Shown here: positions 48,177-57,743 of the stretch, piece by piece | Position numbering within the stretch: the first letter of the stretch is position 1 | How the letters are laid out: the number at the start of each line of letters is the position of its first letter | Assembly: GCA_947085265.1 (NCBI GenBank) | Contig: CAMTVR010000012.1 | Span: 348,912 to 412,911, forward strand | Reading direction: 5' to 3' | DNA length: 64,000 bases | Origin: an uncultured Bacillus sp. | GTDB taxonomy: Bacteria; Bacillota; Bacilli; ZCTH02-B2 | Position numbers and translations under genes: made by a program | Notes under the pieces: model-generated | The model's database searches: none | Seen by the model: the letters and a program-made list of their open reading frames with translations, nothing else | What the model was told of the DNA's origin: nothing

Positions 48177-49643
48177 TCAGTGAAGTTGCGGCTGTTCCAT
48201 GTCGTCAGTTGATGGCGTTGGAATCGCAAAAGGTTCCTTCGCATCTGGGTACCTCCGGTCTGCTGGCTGAAACAGCCTCTGGTAAAACGCTTCCTGCTCA
48301 TCATGCGAAACATAGGCCAATTCCACGCCAGTGGCTTTGGCCAGAAAGGGATCCAGCGTGCAAAGATCGGAGCGGGTCACGTCCTGCAAACTCGTTTTAC
48401 CCAAGGAGATACAAACCAGCTCCATTTCTCGGACCATCGCATTCAGGAAGCGAAACAGGTTCCGAGCGCTTCGTCCAACATCCAGTTTATCGGTCATTTT
48501 GGCGTTGTACACCACCAGGCTGATCGGCGGCTCATAAGGCAAGGTCTTGGCCATCTGATCCCCGACCAGCGCCATCAACGCCAACGTGCCTAGGTAGACC
48601 GCATCGGCGCCGAGCGCCATCGCCTTCATGCAATCCCCCGGCGAGGTTAATCCTCCTGTCGCGATGAGGCTGACGTCACCAGCAGCTTTCTTCTTCCACA
48701 AAAATTTGCTTGCGCGTGTCACCGCAAACAAAGTGGGCAACCCCAAGTCATCCTCCAATGTCGGGGCGGCCGCATGCGTCCCCCCTTCCGCGCCATCCAG
48801 TGTGATAAAATCCACTCCAGCCTCGAGCGCGATTTGCAACTCCTGTTCCAAAAAATGCGTGGCGGCAATCTTCAGTCCGACCGGCACGCCGGTTTCCTGA
48901 CGCAGTTGCCGGACCAGAGCGATGAACTGCTCCTTCGTGTTCACGCCAGGGAGGCGGGATCGGATCTGGGCGGCGGCGCCTTCTTGTAACTCAAAAGCTT
49001 CCCTGAAATCGGGACCGATATTTTTCGCCGCTGTCCGTTGCGGTGTAGAGCCTTGCGCCCCCTGCCCCAACTGAATCTCAATCGCGTCCAACTGTCGGTA
49101 CTTATCAGGTGTATTCAGCCATCCCCCGCGGTTGTATTGGCCGATGAGAAGAGCGGCCGCTTCCCGTTCCTCTTTTAGCAGTCCTGCTTCCCCCGTATTC
49201 GTGGCCGTTCCAATCATCGTGGCTCCCTTTGCCAGCGCGATTTTCGCACTTTTACTCAATGCGCCTCCGAAAGACATCGCGGCAATCATGATCGGAATGG
49301 AGATAGTCAGCGGTTTTCTGGCACGCTTGCCGATCGTCACTGAGGTGGCGATCGAAACATCTTCTGGCGCCGGAAAGCGATGGAGATGAACGGGATTGAA
49401 CAAAAACTTCTCCCACGGCGAAAAGCGATGGTGACTGCCAAGCGGCCGGCCCAGCGGTTGACCCAGGTGCGCCCGCATCACCGTTTCCATCAGGTTGACC
49501 GGCCCCACCTTCCGCGCCACCGGCACCAGTTCAAACAGATTTTCCGTGTACTGGTCACGAGCCATCCGTTCGACCGCTTTGTCCGTCACTTCGTTCATCA
49601 GGCTCCGGGTGATGTTGGCCAAGAATTTCCACATCGTTTTCAC
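48177..49643 (-). CDS. FMN-binding glutamate synthase family protein (GltS FMN-domain homologue)
   Basis: 488 aa. 'DFITLDGAEGGTHAA' and 'IATGGLTSPGDCMKAMALGADAVYLGT' match the GltB FMN domain. Confidence 0.75.
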   Translation of the reverse strand: MKTMWKFLANITRSLMNEVTDKAVERMARDQYTENLFELVPVARKVGPVNLMETVMRAHLGQPLGRPLGSHHRFSPWEKFLFNPVHLHRFPAPEDVSIATSVTIGKRARKPLTISIPIMIAAMSFGGALSKSAKIALAKGATMIGTATNTGEAGLLKEEREAAALLIGQYNRGGWLNTPDKYRQLDAIEIQLGQGAQGSTPQRTAAKNIGPDFREAFELQEGAAAQIRSRLPGVNTKEQFIALVRQLRQETGVPVGLKIAATHFLEQELQIALEAGVDFITLDGAEGGTHAAAPTLEDDLGLPTLFAVTRASKFLWKKKAAGDVSLIATGGLTSPGDCMKAMALGADAVYLGTLALMALVGDQMAKTLPYEPPISLVVYNAKMTDKLDVGRSARNLFRFLNAMVREMELVCISLGKTSLQDVTRSDLCTLDPFLAKATGVELAYVSHDEQEAFYQRLFQPADRRYPDAKEPFAIPTPSTDDMEQPQLH

Positions 49644-49987
49644 CTGGTTTCCGGTGCCTGCCGGTAATTCTTTTCCAGTTGTTCCACCTGTTGGGCCAAA
49701 GCGATGCAGATCTGCTTGACCTGCCCCAGCTGCCGGGCTGCGCTCTGCTCTTCCACGGCGATCTGATGCAAACGGTCATCCCCCAGGTTGGTCAAATCCT
49801 GAAAATGCTGGTTCTCAATGCTGGACAACGTTCCGGCGATGGTCTGAATCCTGTTCAGCTCGGAACGGATATAGGAGAGGCTTTGTGCTGTATGCTGCGT
49901 TTTCTCGGCCATATTGAATCCCACCTTATTCTTGATCATGTAAAAATACTTGCTAAAAGGTAGGATCACACATAGAAAACATGTCAT
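49640..49987 (-). CDS. hypothetical small protein, translationally coupled to GltS-like gene
   Basis: A 4-nt overlap links it to the GltS-like gene. The likely start is 'MAEKTQHT'. The predicted product is helical and coiled-coil-like. Confidence 0.35.
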   Translation of the reverse strand: MTCFLCVILPFSKYFYMIKNKVGFNMAEKTQHTAQSLSYIRSELNRIQTIAGTLSSIENQHFQDLTNLGDDRLHQIAVEEQSAARQLGQVKQICIALAQQVEQLEKNYRQAPETR

Positions 49988-50080
49988 ACCTGCCTCTTTT
50001 TAGAAATGAATGCCCTTTGCTGCGACAAAAAAGCCTGCAGACCTGTTCCAGCGGGAACATGTCAACAGGCTCTCGTTTTT

Positions 50081-50719
50081 TCACAAATACTTTTTCAGGA
50101 TCTCCTGAATATCTTCGTCATCATTGGCATCCTCCCGCAATGTTGTCATGGATCTCGCTTTTGCCGTTCGGGTCTTCCGGAACAACCAAAATCCCAACAG
50201 GATGGCCACGAAACCCATCAACGTATAAGGAAGATACCAGATCACAAGACCCCACCCCGCGCGTTCAGGGGCACCCAAAATCGCTTTCCCATACTTGGCC
50301 ACCAAGGCATCGATGATCTCCTCTTTCTCCATCCCTTGCGCCAACATCTGGGCAATTTCCTCACGGATCTTGAACGCTGTGGGAAGGGTACAGTCAGCCA
50401 GCGTCAGGGAGGGACAACCACCGGGTGTCACCAGCTCTTTGGCCACGTCCAAAACCTGTTCCCGCGTAACCGGTCGCTCTTGATGAGACGCAGCTTCAAG
50501 CAAGTTTGAAAACGGTAGCGTCAGCCAAAACAGCAAAAAACAAACAAGAAGGAGCATCGCGATGCGCCACGACATCATTGCTATGATGCCTGGACCAGAT
50601 AACCTTGATCCAATCATGTCCAATGCCATAAACCGATTCTCCAGTTTGTCCATCCGCTCGTTCATCCTCGTCTCGCTCCGTTCTTTCCTACCAATCATCC
50701 ACCTGAAAACCGCAAACAT
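50081..50719 (-). CDS. CcmH/CycL/NrfF-like membrane protein with atypical Cys spacing
   Basis: It aligns to the CcmH core ('...ELVTPGGCPSLTLADC...IREEIAQMLAQGMEKEEIIDALVAKYG') and has a C-terminal TM helix. Its Cys pattern is C-x8-C, not LRCxxC. Confidence 0.55.
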   Translation of the reverse strand: MFAVFRWMIGRKERSETRMNERMDKLENRFMALDMIGSRLSGPGIIAMMSWRIAMLLLVCFLLFWLTLPFSNLLEAASHQERPVTREQVLDVAKELVTPGGCPSLTLADCTLPTAFKIREEIAQMLAQGMEKEEIIDALVAKYGKAILGAPERAGWGLVIWYLPYTLMGFVAILLGFWLFRKTRTAKARSMTTLREDANDDEDIQEILKKYL

Positions 50720-50878
50720 TTCTCAACCAATCGTGATGACGCCATTATTATACCATAATCTTGCCTCTACAAGCCTTGATATGGCCAGTTGGTCTATCGT
50801 TCCAACATCAGCGGTTAAGTGAGAGAGGCATTCTGATATAATGGTGCTAAAAAATGGTCGTAGAAAGGAGCGTCTCAG

Positions 50879-51958
50879 GTGATGAGGAAGCTCAACGAGG
50901 ATTTAACGAAAGTCGGGCAGCTTACTGAAGACGAACAGCTCCGATATTCCCGCCAAATTCGTTTTGCTCCCATCGGTGAGAAAGGCCAATTGCGGCTGCG
51001 CCACTCTCGTATCGCCATTGTCGGTGCAGGCGCATTAGGTGCCGCCCTGGCCAACCACATGGCGCGTGCTGGAGTTGGCTACATCCGCATCATCGATCGC
51101 GATTTCGTCGAGATGAGCAATCTGCAGCGGCAAATGCTTTTCGATGAAGCGGACGCGCGCAAGATGATGCCAAAAGCCATCGCCGCGGCGGAAAAATTGA
51201 CCGCAATCAACTCCACCATTCAGATAGAACCGCACGTGGCGGATGTCACTTGGCAGAATGCGGAAGAACTGTTGACCGGCGTGGATCTCATCTTGGACGG
51301 TACGGACAATTTTGCAATTCGCTACCTGATCAACGATGTCAGTGTCAAATACGGTATCCCCTACGTGTATGGAGGAATTATCGGCGCGGCCGGGACGAGC
51401 GCCTTGTTTGTCCCGGGAAAAACGCCCTGCCTGGCATGTCTCTTTCCGGAACCGCCGCTTCCCGGAAGCGTTGAGACCTGTGACACAGCCGGGGTCATCG
51501 GTCCGATCATTCATCTGATCACGGCTTTCCAGGCGACTGAATCGTTGAAATATCTGGTCGGCGATCACGAGCAACTGAGCGGACAGCTCATCCATGTCGA
51601 CTTGTGGAACAATCACTTCATTCACATGCGGACACTCGACAAAAAGGATCCCTCCTGTCCAGCTTGTGTCCAACACCGCTTCCGGTTTCTCGAAGAGCAA
51701 GAGGCGACCAGTATGGAAACCGTATTATGTGGCAGAAACACCATCCAAATCCGGCCGGCTCAACCGCTCAACGTTGACTTAGACGAAATGGCCAGCCGCC
51801 TGGCTCCACACGGCAAAATCGAACAAAACCGCTTCTTGGTACGCCTGCACCTGAAAACTCTCTCCCTTGTCCTCTTTCGTGACGGGAGAGTGCTCATTCA
51901 GGGCACGAACGATCTGGTGACCGCCCGCCGGTTATACGCGCAATACATTGGTACCTGA
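50879..51958 (+). CDS. ThiF/MoeB/HesA family adenylyltransferase
   Basis: 'IVGAGALGAALANHMARAGVG' is the nucleotide-binding motif. Two CxxC pairs are present ('CLAC', 'CPAC'). Length is 359 aa. Confidence 0.8.
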   Translation: MMRKLNEDLTKVGQLTEDEQLRYSRQIRFAPIGEKGQLRLRHSRIAIVGAGALGAALANHMARAGVGYIRIIDRDFVEMSNLQRQMLFDEADARKMMPKAIAAAEKLTAINSTIQIEPHVADVTWQNAEELLTGVDLILDGTDNFAIRYLINDVSVKYGIPYVYGGIIGAAGTSALFVPGKTPCLACLFPEPPLPGSVETCDTAGVIGPIIHLITAFQATESLKYLVGDHEQLSGQLIHVDLWNNHFIHMRTLDKKDPSCPACVQHRFRFLEEQEATSMETVLCGRNTIQIRPAQPLNVDLDEMASRLAPHGKIEQNRFLVRLHLKTLSLVLFRDGRVLIQGTNDLVTARRLYAQYIGT

Positions 51959-52156
51959 CCCTCTGGACGCTTGTATCGGCAGAGCCCACATCCGCCCTCC
52001 GGTTGTTCATGTCCTTCGTGAACACCGGCAAAGGCGGATTTTCTGTTTGTATCATTTGAATCACGGACGAATCCTGGGAATTTTTTACCCGCGCTTGGAT
52101 AATCCTGAAAAAAAAGGATCATTCTAAAGAAAAGAAGCACGAAAGGAGGCGCAAGA

Positions 52157-52309
52157 ATGGCCGAACCGTTACCCAAAACAGGACAGGAGCAAGATCCGCA
52201 AGAAGAATCCGTCTCTTACCGGGGGACGTTGTTTCTCGTGATCCTGTTAGGGCTGTTCATCGTTACGGCATGGGGCTATATCTTCTATACGTTTGTACAG
52301 CGCTCATAA
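52157..52309 (+). CDS. small single-TM protein upstream of cbaB (candidate ba3 oxidase subunit IIa)
   Basis: A 50-aa ORF below the ORF-track cutoff, 'MAEPLPKTGQEQDPQEESVSYRGTLFLVILLGLFIVTAWGYIFYTFVQRS'. An AGGAGG RBS is present. It sits 57 nt upstream of cbaB. Confidence 0.45.
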   Translation: MAEPLPKTGQEQDPQEESVSYRGTLFLVILLGLFIVTAWGYIFYTFVQRS

Positions 52310-52365
52310 GCGCGGATCGGTCTCACCTGGTTGAAACCGATACCATGATCTTGAGGTGAGATGCC

Positions 52366-52848
52366 TTGCACATCCATAAGTATGAACGAATCTGGCTCGT
52401 TCTCGGCGGCATGATTTTGGTCGCTTTTTTGCTCATCCTGGGAAGCTATGCCTTTATCGTCGGCACGACCCCGCCTAGCCATCTGGAAACGGTGGATGCG
52501 CAGACCGTGCGGACCACACCTCCGTTTGACAAGCCTGGCTTGTACAAGGTGGGGCCGAATGAGTACGAGGCAGTGATGCTCGGGTTTACCTTCGGCTTTG
52601 CACCCAACAAAATGACGATTCCGCTCGGCGCGACCGTCCACTTCCTGGTTACTACGCCGGATGTGGTACATGGATTATACATCCCCAACACCAACATCAA
52701 CATGATGTTGGTCCCAGGTCATGTGAACCGTTTCACCCATACCTTCGACAAACCGGGAGAGTATCTCATCTTATGCCATGAATATTGCGGAATCGGTCAT
52801 CAAGCGATGTTCGCCACCATCACCGTCAATGACAAGAAAACGGCTTGA
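52366..52848 (+). CDS. cbaB: cytochrome c oxidase subunit II, ba3-type (CuA)
   Basis: 160 aa with one TM helix. The CuA motif is 'HGLYIP...CHEYCGIGH'. Confidence 0.85.
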   Translation: MHIHKYERIWLVLGGMILVAFLLILGSYAFIVGTTPPSHLETVDAQTVRTTPPFDKPGLYKVGPNEYEAVMLGFTFGFAPNKMTIPLGATVHFLVTTPDVVHGLYIPNTNINMMLVPGHVNRFTHTFDKPGEYLILCHEYCGIGHQAMFATITVNDKKTA

Positions 52849-52888
52849 TGGATAAAGCGACATAATGGATAAAACGGCTTGATGGACA

Positions 52889-54679
52889 ATGCGATTGGAG
52901 ACTTATGCTCATCGTAAGGAGCGGGCATCTCAAGCGGGCGTCTTAAAGGTTAAGAGAGGAATCGAGAAGGAGGTTCAGGGAATGCGTCAAAATGTCATAG
53001 CCATCGATAACCGTACATCTCCGAACGACTCAGTGCATGATTTTGTGCCACAAGATCGGCTGTTGATCAGCGCTTATCTGTGGGTCGGTTATGTCATGCT
53101 GCTGCTCGGGGCCATTGCCGGTTTGTTGCAAGTGCTGGACAGAACTGGGGTTTTCAATCTGCCACGTCCGGTGATCTATTACCAACTCCTGACCGCTCAT
53201 GGGATTGTGCTGGCGCTTGTGTTTACCACTTTTTTTATTGCCGGGTACCTTCTCGCCGGGGTGGCTAAGACAATGGGTGGCCAGTTGATTCCAGCGGCCA
53301 GAAAGTGGGGATGGGCAGGATTTTACACGATGGCCGCTGGCGTCGTCATCACGCTGGTGGAAGTGATCGGCAATCGCGGAACGGTGCTTTACACCTTTTA
53401 TGCGCCAATGGGGGCCTCTGCCGCCTTTTACATCGGGCTGGCCTTGCTGGTGGTCGGCAGCTGGTTAAGCGGAATCGCGATCTTCAGGCAATACGGCCGC
53501 TGGCGTCGTGAGCACCCTGGACAGCGCTCGCCGCTTTTTGCGTTCATGGCCGTGGCGACGTTTGTCCTTTGGTTTGTGGCAACGATTGGCGTCGCGGTGG
53601 AAGTGGTCTTTCTGCTGATCCCCTGGGCTCTAGGTTGGACAGAAACGGTCAATGTGATACTCTCCCGCGCCTTGTTCTGGTATTTTGGCCACCCGCTGGT
53701 TTATTTCTGGCTGCTGCCGGTGTACATCATCTGGTATATCAGTATGCCGAAAATTATCGGCAGTCATATCTTCAGTGACGCTCTGGCAAGACTTGCCTTC
53801 ATCCTGCTGATCATCTTTTCCTTGCCGGTCGGATTCCATCACGAACTGAATGAACCAGGCATACACGCAGGATGGAAGTACTTGCAGGTGGTTTTGACCA
53901 TGGCAGTGGTGTTTCCTTCCTTGATGACCGCTTTTGCCGTCGTCGGGACAATGGAACAGGCGGGAAGGAAAAAAGGCGGAAGAGGGCTTTTGTCCTGGAT
54001 GGCCAAACTTCCTTGGAAAGATTCCCGTTTCCTCGCCATGTTCATCGCCATGTTGGCTTTCATCCCCGTTGGCGCATCCGGCATCATCAACGCCAGCTTT
54101 CAACTGAACCAGGTTGTCCACAATACCCTGTTCGTCACGGGACATTTCCACCTGGCACTGGCCACGACGACCGTCCTGACATTTTTCGCCGCTTCATACT
54201 ATCTCATCCCTACCTTGACTGGCCGGGTATTTACGGCAAACATGAACCGGCTGGGCATCTTTCAGGCTTTGTTCTGGGGGGGTGGCATGATCATCATGTC
54301 CATTGCCATGTATATCAACGGAATTCTCGGAGAACCTCGACGGACCAGCTTCACCACGTACATGGATCACCCGGTTCGGGAGGCATGGACGACATACCAT
54401 ACCTGGATGGCGATTGGCGGAATCCTGGCGTTTATCGGCGCGATCCTGTTTCTTGTCATTGTGGCCAACCTGTTCTTCTTCGCGCCCAAAGCAAAAACGA
54501 AGATCCAGTTTCCGATCGCTGAAACGGTTGAAGACATTCAGTCCACACCCGCCATTCTCGAAAAGTGGGGTGTCTGGGTTCCTGTGATGATTGGCCTGGT
54601 CCTGGTGGCCTACCTGATTCCGACCTGGAACATGATCATCAATGCTTCTCCCGGCATGCCCCCCCTTCAAACTTGGTAA
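52889..54679 (+). CDS. cbaA: cytochrome c oxidase subunit I, ba3-type
   Basis: A polytopic haem-copper oxidase with the His ligand pattern. The probable start is 'MRQNVIAIDN' at 52982. Confidence 0.85.
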   Translation: MRLETYAHRKERASQAGVLKVKRGIEKEVQGMRQNVIAIDNRTSPNDSVHDFVPQDRLLISAYLWVGYVMLLLGAIAGLLQVLDRTGVFNLPRPVIYYQLLTAHGIVLALVFTTFFIAGYLLAGVAKTMGGQLIPAARKWGWAGFYTMAAGVVITLVEVIGNRGTVLYTFYAPMGASAAFYIGLALLVVGSWLSGIAIFRQYGRWRREHPGQRSPLFAFMAVATFVLWFVATIGVAVEVVFLLIPWALGWTETVNVILSRALFWYFGHPLVYFWLLPVYIIWYISMPKIIGSHIFSDALARLAFILLIIFSLPVGFHHELNEPGIHAGWKYLQVVLTMAVVFPSLMTAFAVVGTMEQAGRKKGGRGLLSWMAKLPWKDSRFLAMFIAMLAFIPVGASGIINASFQLNQVVHNTLFVTGHFHLALATTTVLTFFAASYYLIPTLTGRVFTANMNRLGIFQALFWGGGMIIMSIAMYINGILGEPRRTSFTTYMDHPVREAWTTYHTWMAIGGILAFIGAILFLVIVANLFFFAPKAKTKIQFPIAETVEDIQSTPAILEKWGVWVPVMIGLVLVAYLIPTWNMIINASPGMPPLQTW

Positions 54680-54702
54680 AAACCTCGGTAAAAACGTAAA
54701 AA

Positions 54703-54730
54703 AGGCACCTCAAGCTGTGGTGCCTTTTAC
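54703..54730 (+). terminator. intrinsic terminator after cbaA
   Basis: A GGCACC-loop-GGUGCC hairpin is followed by UUUU. Confidence 0.65.
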
Positions 54731-54750
54731 CTTTGCAGATATTTTAGCTT

Positions 54751-55077
54751 TTAATCATGAGCAATGTGTTGGATGGCTTGTTTCAGAAGCATGATCACAT
54801 GGTCGTCATCGCAGGAATAGTACATCGTGTGTCCCGCTCTTCTGAACTTGACCAAGCGCAAATTTTTCAGCAGTCGCAATTGATGAGAGACGGCGGACTG
54901 GCTCATCCCCAACACTTCAGCGAGATGCGTCACCGAACACTCTTCTTGGGATAACAAATGGAGGATTTTGATCCGGGTCGGATCAGAGAGGACCTTGAAG
55001 GTCTGGGCAATGTTTTCAATATCTTCTTCTGCAAGAAAATGGTAGTTCCTTTCTTCTCGACCCATCAAAAGATACAT
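54751..55077 (-). CDS. ArsR/SmtB family transcriptional regulator
   Basis: '[45 protein letters not shown]' is a winged-HTH of ArsR type. Confidence 0.85.
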   Translation of the reverse strand: MYLLMGREERNYHFLAEEDIENIAQTFKVLSDPTRIKILHLLSQEECSVTHLAEVLGMSQSAVSHQLRLLKNLRLVKFRRAGHTMYYSCDDDHVIMLLKQAIQHIAHD

Positions 55078-55138
55078 CCCACCTACCAGGCGTTTTCACG
55101 GCAATGCGAAAGCGGCCAAGCACCGCAAAGAAAAAGGG

Positions 55139-55627
55139 TCAGCGACTATCCGAAACTCCCGCGCACGCTTGACAGTTACCATAGACTTCAAATTTATGGC
55201 TGGTCACCTCATAACCAGGAGGCAAACTCAAGTTTTCGAAAGCTGGACATTCCTCAATCGGTTCCGTTTTGCCGCAACCCAGGCAAATGAAGTGATGATG
55301 GTGTTCGCCCGTGCGGAAACAGGAAAAACGGTAATAGCGCTCTCCCCTAAACTCCGTCTCTTCCACCAGGTGCAGCTCCGTGAACAGGGCCAAATTGCGA
55401 TAAATAGTGTCAAAGCTGATCCCAGGATAGTTCTCCTGCAGTTGTTCCATGATCTCCTTTGCAGAGAGAAACCGCTCTTCCGAGGCCAGAAGCTCGATCA
55501 TTTCTTTTCGTTTGCCGGTATACTTATACCCCTTGTTTTTCAGACGCTGGAGCGCCATCTCTACGGTCATGCCACCCACAGCTTTTCCCGTTCCTTTCAT
55601 GCAAAATGTGCTCAAATGATCAATCAC
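55139..55627 (-). CDS. zur: Fur family zinc uptake regulator
   Basis: Identity to B. subtilis Zur is high at 'KGYKYTGKRKEM', 'YPGISFDTIYRNL', 'HHHHFICLGCGKT' and 'SHKFEVYGNCQAC'. The probable start is 'MTVEMALQ' at 55570. Confidence 0.75.
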   Translation of the reverse strand: MIDHLSTFCMKGTGKAVGGMTVEMALQRLKNKGYKYTGKRKEMIELLASEERFLSAKEIMEQLQENYPGISFDTIYRNLALFTELHLVEETEFRGERYYRFSCFRTGEHHHHFICLGCGKTEPIEECPAFENLSLPPGYEVTSHKFEVYGNCQACAGVSDSR

Positions 55628-55754
55628 TGTGCCTGCATTTATTATTTTATTATAGACAAAAGCATCTCCTCACGCATCCGAAAGAGTCGTGTCCGGACGA
55701 TTGAAGCAGGCATTGGAGTTGTGGCGGGTGGCTTGTTGGGCCCTAGGGCTGGAA

Positions 55755-56999
55755 TCAATCATACTGCGGCACCAATTTCTTCCGTCGGTTGACCACTTTA
55801 TCTGCTCCCATCGCTGCGATGGCGCCGTCCGCAGCCGAGATGACCGCCTGTTTAATCGGTGTGCGGCGTGCGTCACCGCCGGCAAATACACCTTCGACAC
55901 TGGTCTGGAGGTACTCATCCACGACGACATACCCCTCTTCATCCAGTTCCACCTGTCCGCGCAAAAAGTCGGTACTCGGACGCGTTCCGGAGAGGTAAAT
56001 AAAGACGCCATCCACATCTACAACCTTTTCCGTTCCCGACGCATCCCGCACACGAATCGCTTCTACACTCTGTCCGCCGACGATTTCGCGTACACGATGC
56101 TCAAAGTAAATTTCCACATTTTCTCTCTCTTTCAGTTCATCCAGCGTGGCCTCACCTTTCAGTTCCTTCACGGGAATCAGGAAAATCACCCGGTCGGCAA
56201 AACGGCTCAACGTCTCCGCCTCATACACGGCCTCGTCATTGTCACCAATTACAGCCACCGTCTTCCCCTCAAAAAAGGCGGCGTCACACGTGGAGCAATA
56301 GCTGACCCCGCGACCTTGGTATTCTTCTTCACCCTTGATCTTGTTGGAACGCGCTTTCGCTCCGACGGCGATAAACACGGTTTTCGCCCTGACTACCCCC
56401 TCCGGCAGGATGATCTCTTTGATCTCGCCGCTGAAATTCACCTTCTGCACGGAAGAACGGACGAAGGTGGCGCCAAACCCCTTGGCCTGTTTCTGCATCC
56501 GCAGGAGCAATTCATAGCCGGTCAGCGCCTCCGGTACACCCGGATAGTTGGCGATTTTATGCGTCAGGGCCAACGTTCCCGCCGCCGGCGCTTTGTCAAT
56601 CACCAAGGTATTCAATTTGGCGCGAGCGGCGTAAACAGCTGCCGAGGCGCCCGCCGGGCCTCCGCCAATGCAAACCAGGTCATAGGTCTGTGAGAGGATG
56701 TTTTCATTCACAGCCGTGAACAACTTGTCTTGTTCTTTCGTATCCGGAGCCGGCTCCTCCGGCTTGTCTTCGATCCCCAGATGCCGTTTCATGGCGTTGG
56801 GACGGTAACCGATAAACGGTTTATCATCAATGAAAACGACGGGTGTAGAAAAGATCCCTTTTTCATGCAGGTCATTGAAGTAATCCGGGTTCTCGGTCAC
56901 ATTGCGCTCTTCATAGGGATAACCCCACTCCTGAAATTCCTTTTTCATCTTTTCGCAATAGGGACAACCGGTGCTGCTGTACAAGACAATCTTCGGCAT
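55755..56999 (-). CDS. glutaredoxin-domain / thioredoxin-reductase-like flavoprotein fusion
   Basis: An N-terminal Grx/NrdH-like 'GCPYC' domain is fused to a pyridine-nucleotide disulfide oxidoreductase with 'CIGGGPAG' (FAD) and 'YCSTCD' (redox-active CxxC). Confidence 0.75.
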   Translation of the reverse strand: MPKIVLYSSTGCPYCEKMKKEFQEWGYPYEERNVTENPDYFNDLHEKGIFSTPVVFIDDKPFIGYRPNAMKRHLGIEDKPEEPAPDTKEQDKLFTAVNENILSQTYDLVCIGGGPAGASAAVYAARAKLNTLVIDKAPAAGTLALTHKIANYPGVPEALTGYELLLRMQKQAKGFGATFVRSSVQKVNFSGEIKEIILPEGVVRAKTVFIAVGAKARSNKIKGEEEYQGRGVSYCSTCDAAFFEGKTVAVIGDNDEAVYEAETLSRFADRVIFLIPVKELKGEATLDELKERENVEIYFEHRVREIVGGQSVEAIRVRDASGTEKVVDVDGVFIYLSGTRPSTDFLRGQVELDEEGYVVVDEYLQTSVEGVFAGGDARRTPIKQAVISAADGAIAAMGADKVVNRRKKLVPQYD

Positions 57000-57247
57000 G
57001 GTGTATCACCCTTATTTAGAATTATTATCAACTGATTATTACTATACACAATGAGAATGGACATTGCAACCAATTTTAGATTGTCCAACCTTCCCCGACC
57101 TGATAAGTTGGATTCAAAGATAGGCGCCTCTGATGGAAGCCACCCATGCCGACGCGCATTTCCCGCCGCTTATTTTTTACGATGCCTGTAACTTTTCTCG
57201 CATGAATCCGTTTATTTACATGAAGAGGTTTTTGAAGGAGAGTATCC

Positions 57248-57736
57248 ATGCCCCGCGCCTCGTTGGACCGTTTGTATTGCGACTACCAGCCAGACATCTA
57301 CCGTTACTTGCTTTCGCTATGTCATGATCATCATCTGGCGGAAGATCTGACACAGGAAACCTTTTTTCGCGCCTACCTCCACTTTGAGGAGATTCAGCCA
57401 GGATCACTCAAGCCATGGTTATTCCGCGTCGCCCATCATGCTTACATCGATTACTGGCGCAAACATCGGCGGCAAATGCCGGTGCCTCACGAAACCCTCT
57501 CAAAATCGCCCGTCCCGGAACGGCTCGAGGACAGGATCCTCCTTCAGGATGAGGTAAAGCAAGTGATGAAAAGCATCGCCGCCCTGCCGGAAAAACAAAA
57601 GCAAGCCATCTTGCTGCACGATGTACATCAATTCTCGTATCAAGAATCCTCCGAAATCATGGGGGTCAGCCTTTCTCACTTCAAGGTGCTGTTGTTCCGT
57701 GCACGTCAGAAGATCCGAAAGCTGCACAAGGGGTGA
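57248..57736 (+). CDS. ECF-type RNA polymerase sigma factor
   Basis: 162 aa with region 2 ('DLTQETFFRAY...WLFRVAHHAYIDYWRK') and region 4 ('QESSEIMGVSLSHFKVLLFRARQKI'). Confidence 0.85.
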   Translation: MPRASLDRLYCDYQPDIYRYLLSLCHDHHLAEDLTQETFFRAYLHFEEIQPGSLKPWLFRVAHHAYIDYWRKHRRQMPVPHETLSKSPVPERLEDRILLQDEVKQVMKSIAALPEKQKQAILLHDVHQFSYQESSEIMGVSLSHFKVLLFRARQKIRKLHKG

Positions 57737-57743
57737 ACCGCAT

